61,702 nt of DNA from Mesotaenium endlicherianum (Eukaryota): assembly GCA_009602735.1 (NCBI GenBank), contig WELA01002856.1:186001-247702 (forward strand), read 5' to 3'. The number at the start of each line of letters is the position of its first letter. The stretch's first letter is position 1. The notes beneath the pieces were generated by a model. The model searched no databases. It was not told the origin of the DNA and worked only from the letters and a program-made list of their open reading frames with translations. Positions 22,534 through 45,599 of this stretch are shown in pieces. Both the position numbers and the translations under genes were made by a program.

Positions 22534-24322
22534 CTAGTTAGGCATTTGAATACGCTTGTCATGGATTGGGAGAGGCAGAGGCTTCTGAGCTGAGTGAGGA
22601 TGATTTTCGCCCTTGTACACCTTCAAGTGAGTAAAGAGCTGCCTTCCCAACTGTTCCACCCATGCCATCACCAATAGAACGTAGGTCAGATACACACCTG
22701 CATGTAAGTCGACACTGACTAGTAGTAATCTCTCAGACACTGCTGCTGTAAGCCAGGGACGGTGGGTGGTCGCACGCCTCAACACGTACAAATCATGCAT
22801 TCATCTACATACGCACACAAGTCTTTATACCCATCCTCAAGTTTTTAGGTTGCTTGCCAGTACCCAACCACAGCAACCATAAACACCTCGACCATGTGTC
22901 TTGCAGTTAACCAACCCCCATGACTGCTCGAACAACAAGTGCAAATATTGGTGTAACATTGCCTAGTCTCCCCTCACCACTCTATCCACAAATTCCAGAA
23001 GTGGACAATGGAAAGAAAACATACTCGGCCCTTGGGAAGCATGCCCTTAACAGCGTGCTCCACAATTCGCTCGGGAATTCTGTTCTGCAACTGGTTAAAC
23101 GTTTCCACCTTCATCCCACCAGGCCGTCCAGAATGCCGCCTGTACAACTTTTGATCCCTCTTCTTCCCGGTCACAGCCACCTTCTCAGCGTTGATCTGCA
23201 TCCCAGCCCCTCTCCGGAGACGTTACGTCAGCTAGCAACCATGTCAAAACCTTAGCGGCACTAACTAGCTGCTGCCGCTACGAAGGGACAGAGTCTAATA
23301 CATTCCAATTGCACCTAGTGCAATTCAAGTGCCATGGAGCTCCTCTGCTTATTGTCCTTTCCTCTGCTGCAACACCTGACGACTTCATGAACACATAGAC
23401 CGCGCGTAAGAGGCGTCCCACAACCCTTCACCACCGGGAGCAAATAAGGATTTGTCATAATTCCAAGTCATCCTTAGAATGGCTCCGGTCACATTGATGT
23501 GCCTGCCTCTCATATTTCCAGCACATTTTTAGAGACACACTGCAGGAAGGCAGTCCAGACGGCAAACTTATAAGGCCTCATGCAAGTGCACATTGGGCTA
23601 CACTGTACACAAACAAGGGCTCGGAACGTCGTAAAAGTTACATACCACAACAACGTAAGCCCCCATATCCACAGAGGGGGTGTATGTTGGCAAGTCCTTG
23701 CCGCGTATGTGAATAGCTATTGTTGATGCAAGACGCCCAAGCCTTTTGTCTGAGGCATCCACCACATACCATTTCTTCTCAACATTCAAGTGGTCCGCCT
23801 CCTTGGGATAGTAAGTGCGGTTCCATACATCCTGATGTCAAGCGTACACAAATGAAAAAGACTTCAGTCCAGGTCTAAACTTCTACCAACCTGTAAGATA
23901 AGAAAAATTAACCTTTCCTACATTGCCATCCTTCCATCTGAACTATTGCCATGAAACAAACTGGTTAAGCTTACTCCCTAGTAAACGGATTGTGCGAGAC
24001 AAAATATAACCAAGTCCGGTTTAGAAAACCTTACGGGGCCAAGCTGCTCAATGCCCTCGTACATCCATTTGTGCTCGCCAGGAATGAACCCTGCAGCCCG
24101 AACCGAAAACCCCCTAGAATGTTGCTTCCCCCGGCATACCCTATCCTCCAGGCCTAGTCTTAACCCAGCAATTGAACTAGAAGCAAATGCGAGGTTCTTC
24201 GTGCCTACTTTGAATGTGCACTTTACTGAAGCCCTGGAAGAAGAGTTTGCTCGAGATCCGCATGACGAAAATGATGTCGAAACTGCCGCAAGGTGCTGCT
24301 GAGCTGCAGCAGAGGAAGCCAT
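22534..24322 (-). CDS. RPL13: Plastid 50S ribosomal protein L13 (uL13c) with transit peptide; exons 24322-24035, 23831-23646, 23195-23025, 22650-22534
   Basis: [59 protein letters not shown]; Ser/Ala-rich N-terminus. Confidence 0.96.
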
Positions 24323-24826
24323 GGCCGCACACTACCACACAGAGTCTAAAACCTAGAGAGATAAGGGGAACCTTTCTGCAGCTGTTTTCTGGAAGCGCAT
24401 GAACACGGGACCCCTCATCATCCACCCTCTGACCCTCATCAGATCACGGTTGCGCATGGTACGGCAGTTGTACAGTTTTGGTGGAGGCCACATGTGTGTG
24501 ACCGGCACGAATGAGCACCAGAAGGAAAAGCAAGAGGCCCATAACAAACCCGGTAAAACCTGGGTTATACCATGCAGGTCAACCCCGGCAATCGCCTCTT
24601 ACTGGATGGACCCAAAACTTTGAAAATGGAACGAACTAGAACCCTGTCCCGCGTACCCTTTAAAATGAAGCAAGCTTTTGATGAAGATCACGAGAAAGGC
24701 AACTGGCAATAAAGCTTTGAAATACTGAAGTCTCTTGAACATGCCCACGCGTAAACCAACGACTGTTCATGCACGTTCTTGACTCACGACTATAAGCTTT
24801 TTTTTTGGAGAGCATCGCCTGAAATA

Positions 24827-27800
24827 ATGGTTGAAGGCATGACTGGAACAGAGACTCCAAAAAGCTCGAAGAGAAAGAGGAAGAGAGATGAAGATGAGGG
24901 AAACGCTGATGATATAATTGGCAGAGGTGCTTTAGGGGGGTGCTCGACGCGGGTGATAGTGTCATCTGCGAAAGTATATCAAATCGGAGGAGAGAGACTG
25001 GAGCCTTTAGCCATCGCAAAGCTTGTGAATTCTCCAGCCGGGCCCCTAGAGAAGTACGAAGTCAGGATATGGCTGCAGAAACCTTCAGCATGCATGTTCC
25101 GCGCAGCAACTACTTCAAATCTATCTTACGACCAAGCCTGATGCTGGCAAGGGCGTTCTAGCAGCAAAGGCACGGCGTAGCCACTGATTTTTCCAGCGCC
25201 GGTGGGGTGGGGCTGGGCCAGAAAATTGGAGGCTGCCCTACAGCTCGCCAAGTGGCATGCGCAGCAGTGTGCTATGGGATACGGGGTGGCCCAGCAAGAT
25301 CCGCTGAGAGGTGTGCTTTCAGCTCTGCGCATAGTCGCTGACTGGGCGCAGTCTTCGTTACTAAAGTCGTCGGCGTCTTCTCAAGCTGCTGCTGCTTCTG
25401 CTCAAACCGTCAATGGAGCAACAAGAGCACACCTGGATGCTCGCTACTGGGCCGTCCTGAGCTGGACTGCTAGCTCCGTTGGCAGCGAGAGCCTTGTGCC
25501 TCTGTCCCCCACTCTCCTGCAGCCCATCACTGCAGCGCTTGTGCACCACTCTCACAAGCATGACACTTGCCAGACCCCGAATTCCTCACAAAGAGAAGAT
25601 AACGGAACAGCTGGCAAGGAAGCAGGGGGCGAGAGGAGCGTTGCCATTGCCCTGGGGCCGGCAGTGGTGATTGTGATGAGGCTCGTGACGCGCGGAGGGC
25701 AGCAGCAGCAACAGCAGCAGCAGCAGCGGAAGAGGGCGGGGCTGGAGCACTGGGTGGCGTTCGTGCATGCGGCTCTTGTCAGCCCCTATGCCCGCACCTT
25801 CAAGGGGGGGGGTGGCGATGACGTGGCGTGGAACGTGCTGGTGCTGCTGGCTCTGGAAGGCTTTGCAGACGTCATTGCCGGCCATCCTAATCAGAAGAAG
25901 GTGTTTGCAGCCGTGGCTGCACGCCTGCTGGTGCCTCTGCTGCGTGTGGTGCACTGTGTGTCAGCAGCAGCAGCAGCAGAGCAACACAGGTGGCACGCCA
26001 GGATGCTGGCAGCCGGGCAGCGCATTATGGCCGTGGGCCTGTTCCACCCCACGCATCTGCCCGGCTTCGCGGCCGCCCAAGGGGAAGGCGTGGCATTGAT
26101 GAGCTATCACAAGGTGCTGTTTGAGCACGTGGGCGCCGCCCTCAGGGCAGGCGACGGGGGTGCGGCAGCAGACGTGGCGCCCTCTCTGGGCTGCCTGCTC
26201 ACGGCGCTGTCCCGCCAACTGCAGCAGCAGCAGCAGCAGCAGCAGCAGGCTGTGGCAATGGATGAGGAGAGGCGGGCAGCTGTGCTGGGGCTGTTTGGAG
26301 AGCTGTTGCAGCTCCTGCTGGACGCTCACGCGCACGCTCTTGTGCTGCTGCAGGGCGCGCAAGGCCTGCTGGCGGGTGTGCAAGAGGCGCGCGCGCACGT
26401 GGCTGCGGAGCACCACAACAGCGCCCACGCCAAAGGCCGCCACATGCCCATGCTCACCCGCCTGTGCGCGGCCGCCCTCGACGGAGCCAGAGTTACCCTC
26501 CTCCTTCGCAAGGAGGGAGAGGGAGAGGGAGAGGGGCAGGCGGTGGCGAGGAGCGCCGTGGGGGTGGTGCGGCAGCTGGTGGGGATGGAGCATCGCGCAG
26601 TGGCGCCGCACATGGACGCCCTCTGCCCCTGGCTGCTGCTGCTGCTCTCCTCCTCCTCCTCTGCCCCCCTGGCGGATGAGTGCGTCGCGCTGGCTTGCCA
26701 GCTGGTGGACGTCCACGCAGACCTGCGCCAGGTGAGAGGGGTGCTCCTCCAGCCTCAGCCCAAGCCTCGACCTCAGAGAGGGCTCTTGAGAAGGCCATGC
26801 ATGGTATAGACTGCAGCGCCCCCGGCTTTCACACACTCACAGCAGCTGCTGCTGCTGCTCACACATGTCATATGTGCGCACGTGCTGGGTGGAGGATGCA
26901 GCTTGACAGGTGGGTGCCGCTGCTGCTGCAAGCGGTGAGGCAGCACGCAGCAGCTGCAGGAGGAGGAGGAGGAGCGTGGGCCTCGGCAGCACGCCTGGTG
27001 ACGGCACCCGCCTTCACCGCCGCGCTTGCTCGCGCCCTGCACTCCATGCCGCACGGCCAGGTGGCGCCGCTCGTGCGCAGCCTGGCTTTCGATATGGAAG
27101 AGTCTGCCTCTGTTGTGGAAGGAGCAGGAGGCACAGCAGCAGCAGCGGGGGCGGCGCTGGTGCTGGCGCGCGTGTACGGTACGATAGTGGACAGCCTGCC
27201 CGTGCTGCCCGCCACGGCCGCCCCGCTGGCCGCCGCGCTGCTGCACCTCCTGACCCACGCCGTGGCGCCCTTCTTGGCGCCCCATCTCGACCGCTGGGAG
27301 CGCGCAGGCGCACGCCTGCAGCGCACCTGCACCCCTGGCAAGAAGCATGAGGGGGAGGGGGGCGGGGTTGGGGGCGTGATGGTGCTGGCGGTGTACCTGG
27401 CGGCCGCGGCTGCGCTCGCGCACTGCTCCATGCTCGCGCCTCTCCAGCTAGCAGCTGAGGAGAGCAGCAGCAGCAGGGGACGCGGGCTGTTTGTGCGCGT
27501 GGGGAGGGGCCGCGCACGGCTCAGCGACATCGTCGCCGGCGGAGCCGCTGCTGCTACTTCCCGCGTGGCCGGCAGCGGCGGTGCAGCAGCAGCAGCAGCA
27601 GAGGAGCTTCATTACCGCCTGCAGTGTGCAGCCGTACACGGCCTCACCCTCATGGCTGCTGCTGATGGTGACCACGATGATGCACCCGCGCTAGCGGGCA
27701 AGTTGCTCACGCTGGCTCGCCCTCCGCAGGCCGCAGGTGGAGGTGGACATGGAGGGGGAGGGGACCGTTCGTGGGAGCTATTGTGTGCCACGTGTCACAT

Positions 27801-27996
27801 CTGGGCCCCTTGGGCAGCACCTGCACACACGCTGGCATTCGTGCGCACTCTGCTCAGGAGTGCCGTGGCCAGCAGCAGCAGCAGCAGCAGCATCAGGGGA
27901 GAGACATCGGCGCCGGCATGTTGGCCGGCGCTGCTGCAGGACGCCCACCTGTACGAGCAGCAGGTATGTCGCCCGTGTGCCATCAGGCTCTTGTGT

Positions 27997-28034
<38 letters not shown>

Positions 28035-31000
28035 GGCCTTTGCCAGTGGGTGACGGGGGAGGGGAGGGGAGAGGCATGGCAGGAAGTGCGCGCGCTGCTT
28101 GGTGACGCGCTCCTCTCGGAGCTGCGCTCTGCCCTCCCTCCTGCCTTTGCTGCCGCACCCAGCGAGCAGGAGCAGGAGCAGGAGCAGGAGCAGCACGACG
28201 TGACGACGGGAATGGGGGCAGTGCATGGGCTGCTGAGGCTGCTTCTGTGGCTGCCCCAGGGCTACCTCAGCGCTGCGCACGCCCAGCGCTGCACCCTCAC
28301 CCTGTCGCTCCTTGAAAAGTGCGTAAGCTCCACCGTTGCCTACCCCCCCCCTCGCTCTCTTGCTCTCGCATTGCGTACTGTCGGCTGAGGAAGGAAGGGA
28401 GAGAGGGATTGCAGGTACCTGGTAGAGCTGCTGGAGGTCAAGAGGAGAAATGAGGCGGCAGCAGCAGCAGTGATAAGCACGCTGGGGGCAGCCAGAGCTG
28501 CCCTGGCGTGGCTGGCGCCGGCCTGCCGCCCCCCTGCGCGCAGCCTGCCCCTCATTGCCCAAGGGGCCTCCTCCTCCTCCGCGGCAGTAGTGGCAGGGGC
28601 ACTGGAGTGGCTGCTGCACTCCTCGCTGCAGGCGGCCGCGAGAAGGGCCGCTCTCCTGTGTGGGGAGGACGTCGCGCTGCTGCCGCTGACTCTGATGGGC
28701 GACACGCGCAGCCTGCTGTGGAGCTGCTGCCACGCTTACCACATGCGCTCCGCCACCCGCCTCCTCCTCCAGCCGCAGCAGCAAGTGGCTCCTCCAAACT
28801 CTGAGGAGGAGGAGGAGGAGGAGGCCACAGTGTGGGCAATGGTAGCGGATGCCAGCACGCGCATGGCAGCTGTCGTAGGCGCTGCAGCAGTGGATGCACC
28901 TGGGTCCCGAGTAATAGCAGCAAGGGCGGGGGCGGTGCCGTTTGTGCCGCGCACCGTGGCTTTGGCCTTGGCACTGCACCACCACCAGCCTCCTCCTCCT
29001 CCTGCTCCTGCCGTGCCTCATGTTGCAACAGCGGCAGCAGCAGCAGCAGCAGCCGCAGAGACGGCGGCCATCTTGTCTTCAATGTGTCGAGCTCTAGTAG
29101 CTGTTGACCGGCAGTGCTATGCTGACAAGGCCAAGGAGGCCAAGTGGGACGCAGTGTTGCCGGAAGCGTGGCGCCGCCACCTGGAGCAGCTGGCTCCGCA
29201 GGTGGTGGCAACGCTCAGCTCCATGCTCCTCCTCTCCGTGCCGCCTCCTCCGGGGCCGGGGCCACACGTCACCAACAACAACAATAACAAGGCAGCGATG
29301 GCGACGGCAGCTGCTGCTGCTGCTCTTGCCACGTGCGCCGCACCCCACAAAGATGGCAAAGACACGGATGATTTTCTGCCTACCACTGAATTGGGAGGGA
29401 GCGTGGAGCCCCAGGAAGGTGGGGGCGAGGGCCAGGGGGTGTCGGCATCATGGGGGGATCCGGGTGCGGGCGTGGAGCAGCATCTGCTGGAGGCCGGCCT
29501 GGAGGGCCGCCTTGGCAGGGCGGCCATCGGGCACCTGCTGGCGGGCATGGCTGCCGTGACCACCATAGCGAGCGTGCGCGCCTCCTCGCCCTCGGCGTCG
29601 CCTCGCCTGCCTTTCTTGCTGGCGCCCTCGGGGGCCTTCGTGGCTCTGCTGGGCTCGCTCCTGGCGGCTGTGCACCGCCTGCTGCTGCTGCTCCTGAGGG
29701 GGGGACGAAAGGGAGCAGCAGAAGCGGCAGCGGCTCCCCCTCTTTTGGAGCCTGCGCTAGAGTTGCAGTTCTACCTGGGGCAGCTGGAGTTTGTGCAGGC
29801 GACGGCTTCATGCCTGGGAGGGATGAGAGCGCCCCCCCCCGTGTACCGCCGGATGCTCTCGCTGCACCTCACCCTGCTGGCCGCCTTTGGAAGCACCAGC
29901 AGGGGGGAGGACGTGCTGAGAGGTGCAGTGTGCGGCGGCGTGCGGGCTCTGGCCCGAGGGGCGTCCAAGGAGGGCCTGGCCTGCCTCCTGGCGGACCTGC
30001 TGCACTCCTGCGCCTCCCCCTCCTCCTCCAGCAGCATGCGGGGGGCAGCTGTGGTGGCGCTAGAGCTCGTGTACAACGCCGTCTCCGGTGCGCCCGCCGC
30101 CTGCCCCCCCTGCCCTGCCCTGCCCTGCCCTGCCCTGCCCTGCGAGTGCGTCCGAGAGGTTAGGGAGAGAGAGTGAGGGAAGGAGAAAGATCAAGCTGCT
30201 TACCCTGTCCAACTCCCAGACTGACTGACAATGGGACTGTTGCTGGGGGGAGGGGGGAGGCGGGGGCAGGGGCGGAGAAGCTGCGGGTGGTGGCGGGCCA
30301 CACGCCGGCGGTGCTGGCTGCGCTCGCCCGCTTCCTCCTCCCCTCTTCTTCTTTTGCTGCAAAAGAAGTGGAATTGGGGGTGGAAATGGGGGTGGGCGTG
30401 GGGCTTATGGGGCTAATAGCGGCACGCGCGGCCATCTTCCCCATGCATGCGCCCCATGTGGCTCTCGCCTTGCACCTGCCAGCGCTACTGCTGCTCAAGG
30501 ACGGGGAGGGCGGGGGAGTGGCGGAGGCGTGCTGCAAGCTGCTGTGTGCGTCCATGCGCCATCGCCCCAGGTGTGCTCTGCGTGTCTGCCCGCCTGCCTG
30601 CCCAGCCCGCGCTGTCCACATGGACGCCGCAGGGCGTGGCTGATGCATGATGCCGAGGTGCCCGGGGGGGGGGGGGGGGGGGGNGGGGGGGGGGCAGAGA
30701 GGCACGGCGCTGTGGGGCCCTTATTGGGGACTCTCTGCGAGCTCTCCTGCGCCGCCTGGTCCTTTGGCACTTGCCGCCCCTCCTCCGCGAGGGGGAGTAT
30801 GCGAGCTCTCTGAAGGCTCTCACGCACAGCGCCTCCTGCCTCAGCCGTGTGTACGAAGAGGTGACCTGCACACACCCCCACGTCTATGTATCCCCCCTCC
30901 CCTCGCATGTCGTCCTGACTCATCTGGCCTCTGGCGACTCAGACGCAGCTCGTGTGCCTACCTTGCATGGCCAGGTGGCGGAGCACAAGACCACACTGGG

Positions 31001-31469
31001 GAAGTACTGTGTGTACTATCTGTCCGACTATGTGTCAGCGCTGGCGGCATCAGGGGGACCAGGCCCTTGCCTCCACAAGTGCGTGCTCCCCCTCCCTCTC
31101 TCTGCTGTGCTGCCGTCCAGCTTTGAGTGGCAGACTCTGTTGAGTGATAGACCTGCGGGGAATCGGTGGGGAAGCAGAGTCGCTGAGGTGGCGCTGAGGA
31201 AGGGCGCGCATGCCATGCTGGACGCGTGCTCGCCATTTGATCTCCAGCACCTCCATGCAGCTCTCGGAGGTTGGCTCCTCTCGTGCCCTCCTCTCCTCTC
31301 CTTTGCTTTGTGCCCTGCATGCAGCAAGGTGGTAGTGCCTTGAGGGCCTGCAGCCGTGTGACAGTGCAGCACTGTCCCTTGTGCCTCTGCAGGTGGTCTA
31401 CGGAGGGGCGCTCTTGCACAGCTTAAGCAAAATTATGAGCGCCACTACAAATACAGTGGCAAGATATGA
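24827..31469 (+). CDS. URB2: URB2/Npa2-like nucleolar ribosome biogenesis protein, multi-exon
   Basis: Long helical Leu/Ala-rich exons. C-terminal Urb2-type domain ..CLSRVYEEVAEHK..KYCVYYLSDYV..LRKGAHAMLDACSPFDLQHLHAALG..LKQNYERHYKYSGKI*; N-terminal KRKRKR. Start and some internal junctions uncertain. Confidence 0.82.
27997..28033 (+). repeat. (CAG/GCA)n microsatellite in a URB2 intron; further CAG/GCA runs in exons encode polyQ, polyA and polyS
   Basis: About 12 units visible; similar runs near 25700, 26220, 27870 and 29035. Confidence 0.9.
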
Positions 31470-33081
31470 CCGAATCCCTCACGGGGTCTCATTGCCTGAA
31501 ACATTTTGTTCACGCCAGTGGTCGTCTTGTTAGGGAGAGCGACTATGCAACTTGCGGCGTCGTGTTCTTGGGACAAGTAGTGTGTAGTCTGGCTGAAACA
31601 TGTTCCTTTCGTGATTGCCTTGCACTGAAGACCTGGGCTTATTCTCACTACTCATCTATGCCATTCTTTTTCCCATGACCCCTAGACTCAGTTTTTTTTT
31701 TTGCGTCACCTTGCATGTACTCCCGGAGATGAGGCCAGCCTGTCTGACAACAGAAGAGTATCTTATGTTGGTCATAATAAATAGCATACTGAATGTGCAG
31801 CCAGGTCGGGCCACATTTAGCTTCTTATTCATGCAGGAATACTGTTTGCAATGCAGTTACAATGTTACACCCACGGAATTTTATAGACAAATTTTGCTTC
31901 CACCTTCGCCTTTCTCTTGTTTACATTTAAACTAACGCTCATCTTGTTTTGAGTGTAGTTGTGTAATACATGACAGACATTGTTATTATACTCTCCACAC
32001 GTAATTGCAGAAAACATACAGAAGAGGTGCCCTGTCACATAGCAGACTAGCAGAAAAGGTGTGCTAGGAACTGAGTAACTAATGAGGCAAATCTTTGTAT
32101 GTCTCTTTCATTCACCTCTGTCAGAGTAATAAAAAGCTCAGATGCTGAGTTGGTTAGAACCTTCTCTTTCTGCTTTCACTGACGTTCAATCGATTGCGAA
32201 GGTTCTAAAGATGTCTTGAATAACAACCTCAGACTTGCTAAACTGTTGAAGCAATATGCCGACAACATACAGCCATTGAGCCTGCCTGGCTGTGGAGGTG
32301 AAAGACATGCATCACATATGATTGATAATAGGCTGTTGTCTGTCTACCATGTGTCCGGTAGTAAGGGTGAGACTGGGTAGGTTTGGTATACATAATGTAT
32401 GTATGTCATGATTGCCATGCATACTGGAAAGCAGTAGAGAGTTACATCGGTATTTGAAGGATGGCGTGTAAATTTCTACTTGTTTTAGACAATGTTGAGT
32501 ACACCTGCTTGAGAATTAGAATAATAAATGATCCCCAGTACTACACAAGTTGCTTTTAAGAATGTTCCAAGGTGTCTCAAGCCTACAACTCCGTGCACTC
32601 ACTCGCAGATACCCGATACCAACCCAACATACTCAACAGCTTTATGTCACATGACCACGGCCATAAAACTTTTCAGGGTCAGGAATAAAGTTGCAGCACC
32701 ATATCGAGTATTCTCAAATCACCCATTCATGTTGTGGACACTTATCTGCATGGTTACGTACATTCAAGGGGGTTTTGAATAACATGTCATGTCACTCAGT
32801 TTTTGGATATACCACAACACCTGCTTTTAGACAATGTTATCTCATGCATTGAAGTGCTTTGGACTAATACATTCCAGTACGAATGAAATATGAAGCAGTT
32901 TTCAGGTTAGGGCAGACAGTTACATAGAACAGTACCTTCCTGACTGCAATGCTTTGCAGGCCATGTACTAAGTGGAGAGTGTATTTGCTCCATTATCTAA
33001 TTTAGATGTACATATCCCACAATAGGAACTCTATCAGGGCAACTTGATTGATCTACCCTGCATTTTAAATGCCCAGTCTAT

Positions 33082-35597
<2,516 letters not shown>

Positions 35598-36843
35598 GAC
35601 TGCTCGTACCGGAGGAAGCTTTGGCAAAGCCTGGTAAGAATGCGTCAAAAATCGAGCTCTTGGCAAGATACCTATTACTCCCTCTTCAGTTTATGTAGCA
35701 CGGAGTGGCTCTAGTACGATGCTTCGGTTACGCATCAGCAGTCCTCCCTGCACCTCCCCAGTGAGCTCCCAGCTGCTCTCAACTACCAACTTCTATTTCG
35801 AGAAGCGATGCGTATTTCGAACCTCCGCGCGGATTACGGTTCCTTGGTAGTCAAATCTCGATAACCTATCAAAGCATCTGAATTGCAAGAATCAGCTGCA
35901 TACAGCTTCTGACATCCAATCGACACCGTCCCTTGCCAGATGGTTTTTACCATCGGAGGGTCGTAACTGCCATTTATGAGTGGACAACTCTTCGATGGAC
36001 TTCCACTGACTTCCTACAAAGATTTTTCTAGATGTTGGACCATACTAATTTCTGCACTAAAACCGGTCGTCTGTTCGCAGCATCTCGTCCAATTTTAGAG
36101 AATCTGCATCGAATTGTAAAACATGTCGTTTTAGGGGAAGGTCAAGTTTTTGTCGTACATCATCCTGTTTCTCTGAGCTGCTTTGCTTGCAGGGCTGTCG
36201 CTTCAGGCCGGCTCCCTTCAACCGAGTTAAACACTCTTGACCACAGCGTGCGGTCAGCGTTAGTCCTCTTTACTATTTGTTACTACTTGTCTTTCGTGGT
36301 GGGGGGGCTGAGTTGTAATGGCATGCCGGATTCTGAATCCGGATTTGCCGACATTTTATGCCCACTTCAACTCTGCAAACTTTTGCTAGTAGAACATCCA
36401 AGTACGACATTTTAACATGGGGTGCTATAAGTGGCTGCGACTTCTCATTGTCGAAGTTGTTTTTCTTATTCAAGAATTCAAAGTCGTTTCCATATTGTCA
36501 ATGCTGCGTTGATTTTAGTCGTAGCACGCAGGGTTAAAATGAGGTAAAATATCTGATAATTGACTTTGATAATATGGCGCAACCGAAAAGATGTTGCAAT
36601 TCGCGCCCAATTTGCGAAGGGAGCTATCACCCCCATAATTTTAGAGCTTCCCTATGACTTTCTCCTTCGTTATAGACGCCCGGCAGCCTATACAGTTGCC
36701 TTTTGTTATTTGCGAAGCTGTTGTTGGCTTGCTATCAATTTAAAACGTCGGTGGGAGACCGTGACGGTACAGTTTTTTCAGAAGTAGACTGGGAATTGTT
36801 TAAACATCAAGTTTGGATTGGTTTAAATAATTCGATCTTAAAA

Positions 36844-45599
<8,756 letters not shown>

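Noticed and set aside
24323..24826. Telo-box-like motifs in the RPL13/URB2 divergent promoter
   Set aside because: Only imperfect matches to AAACCCTA; not distinguishable from chance
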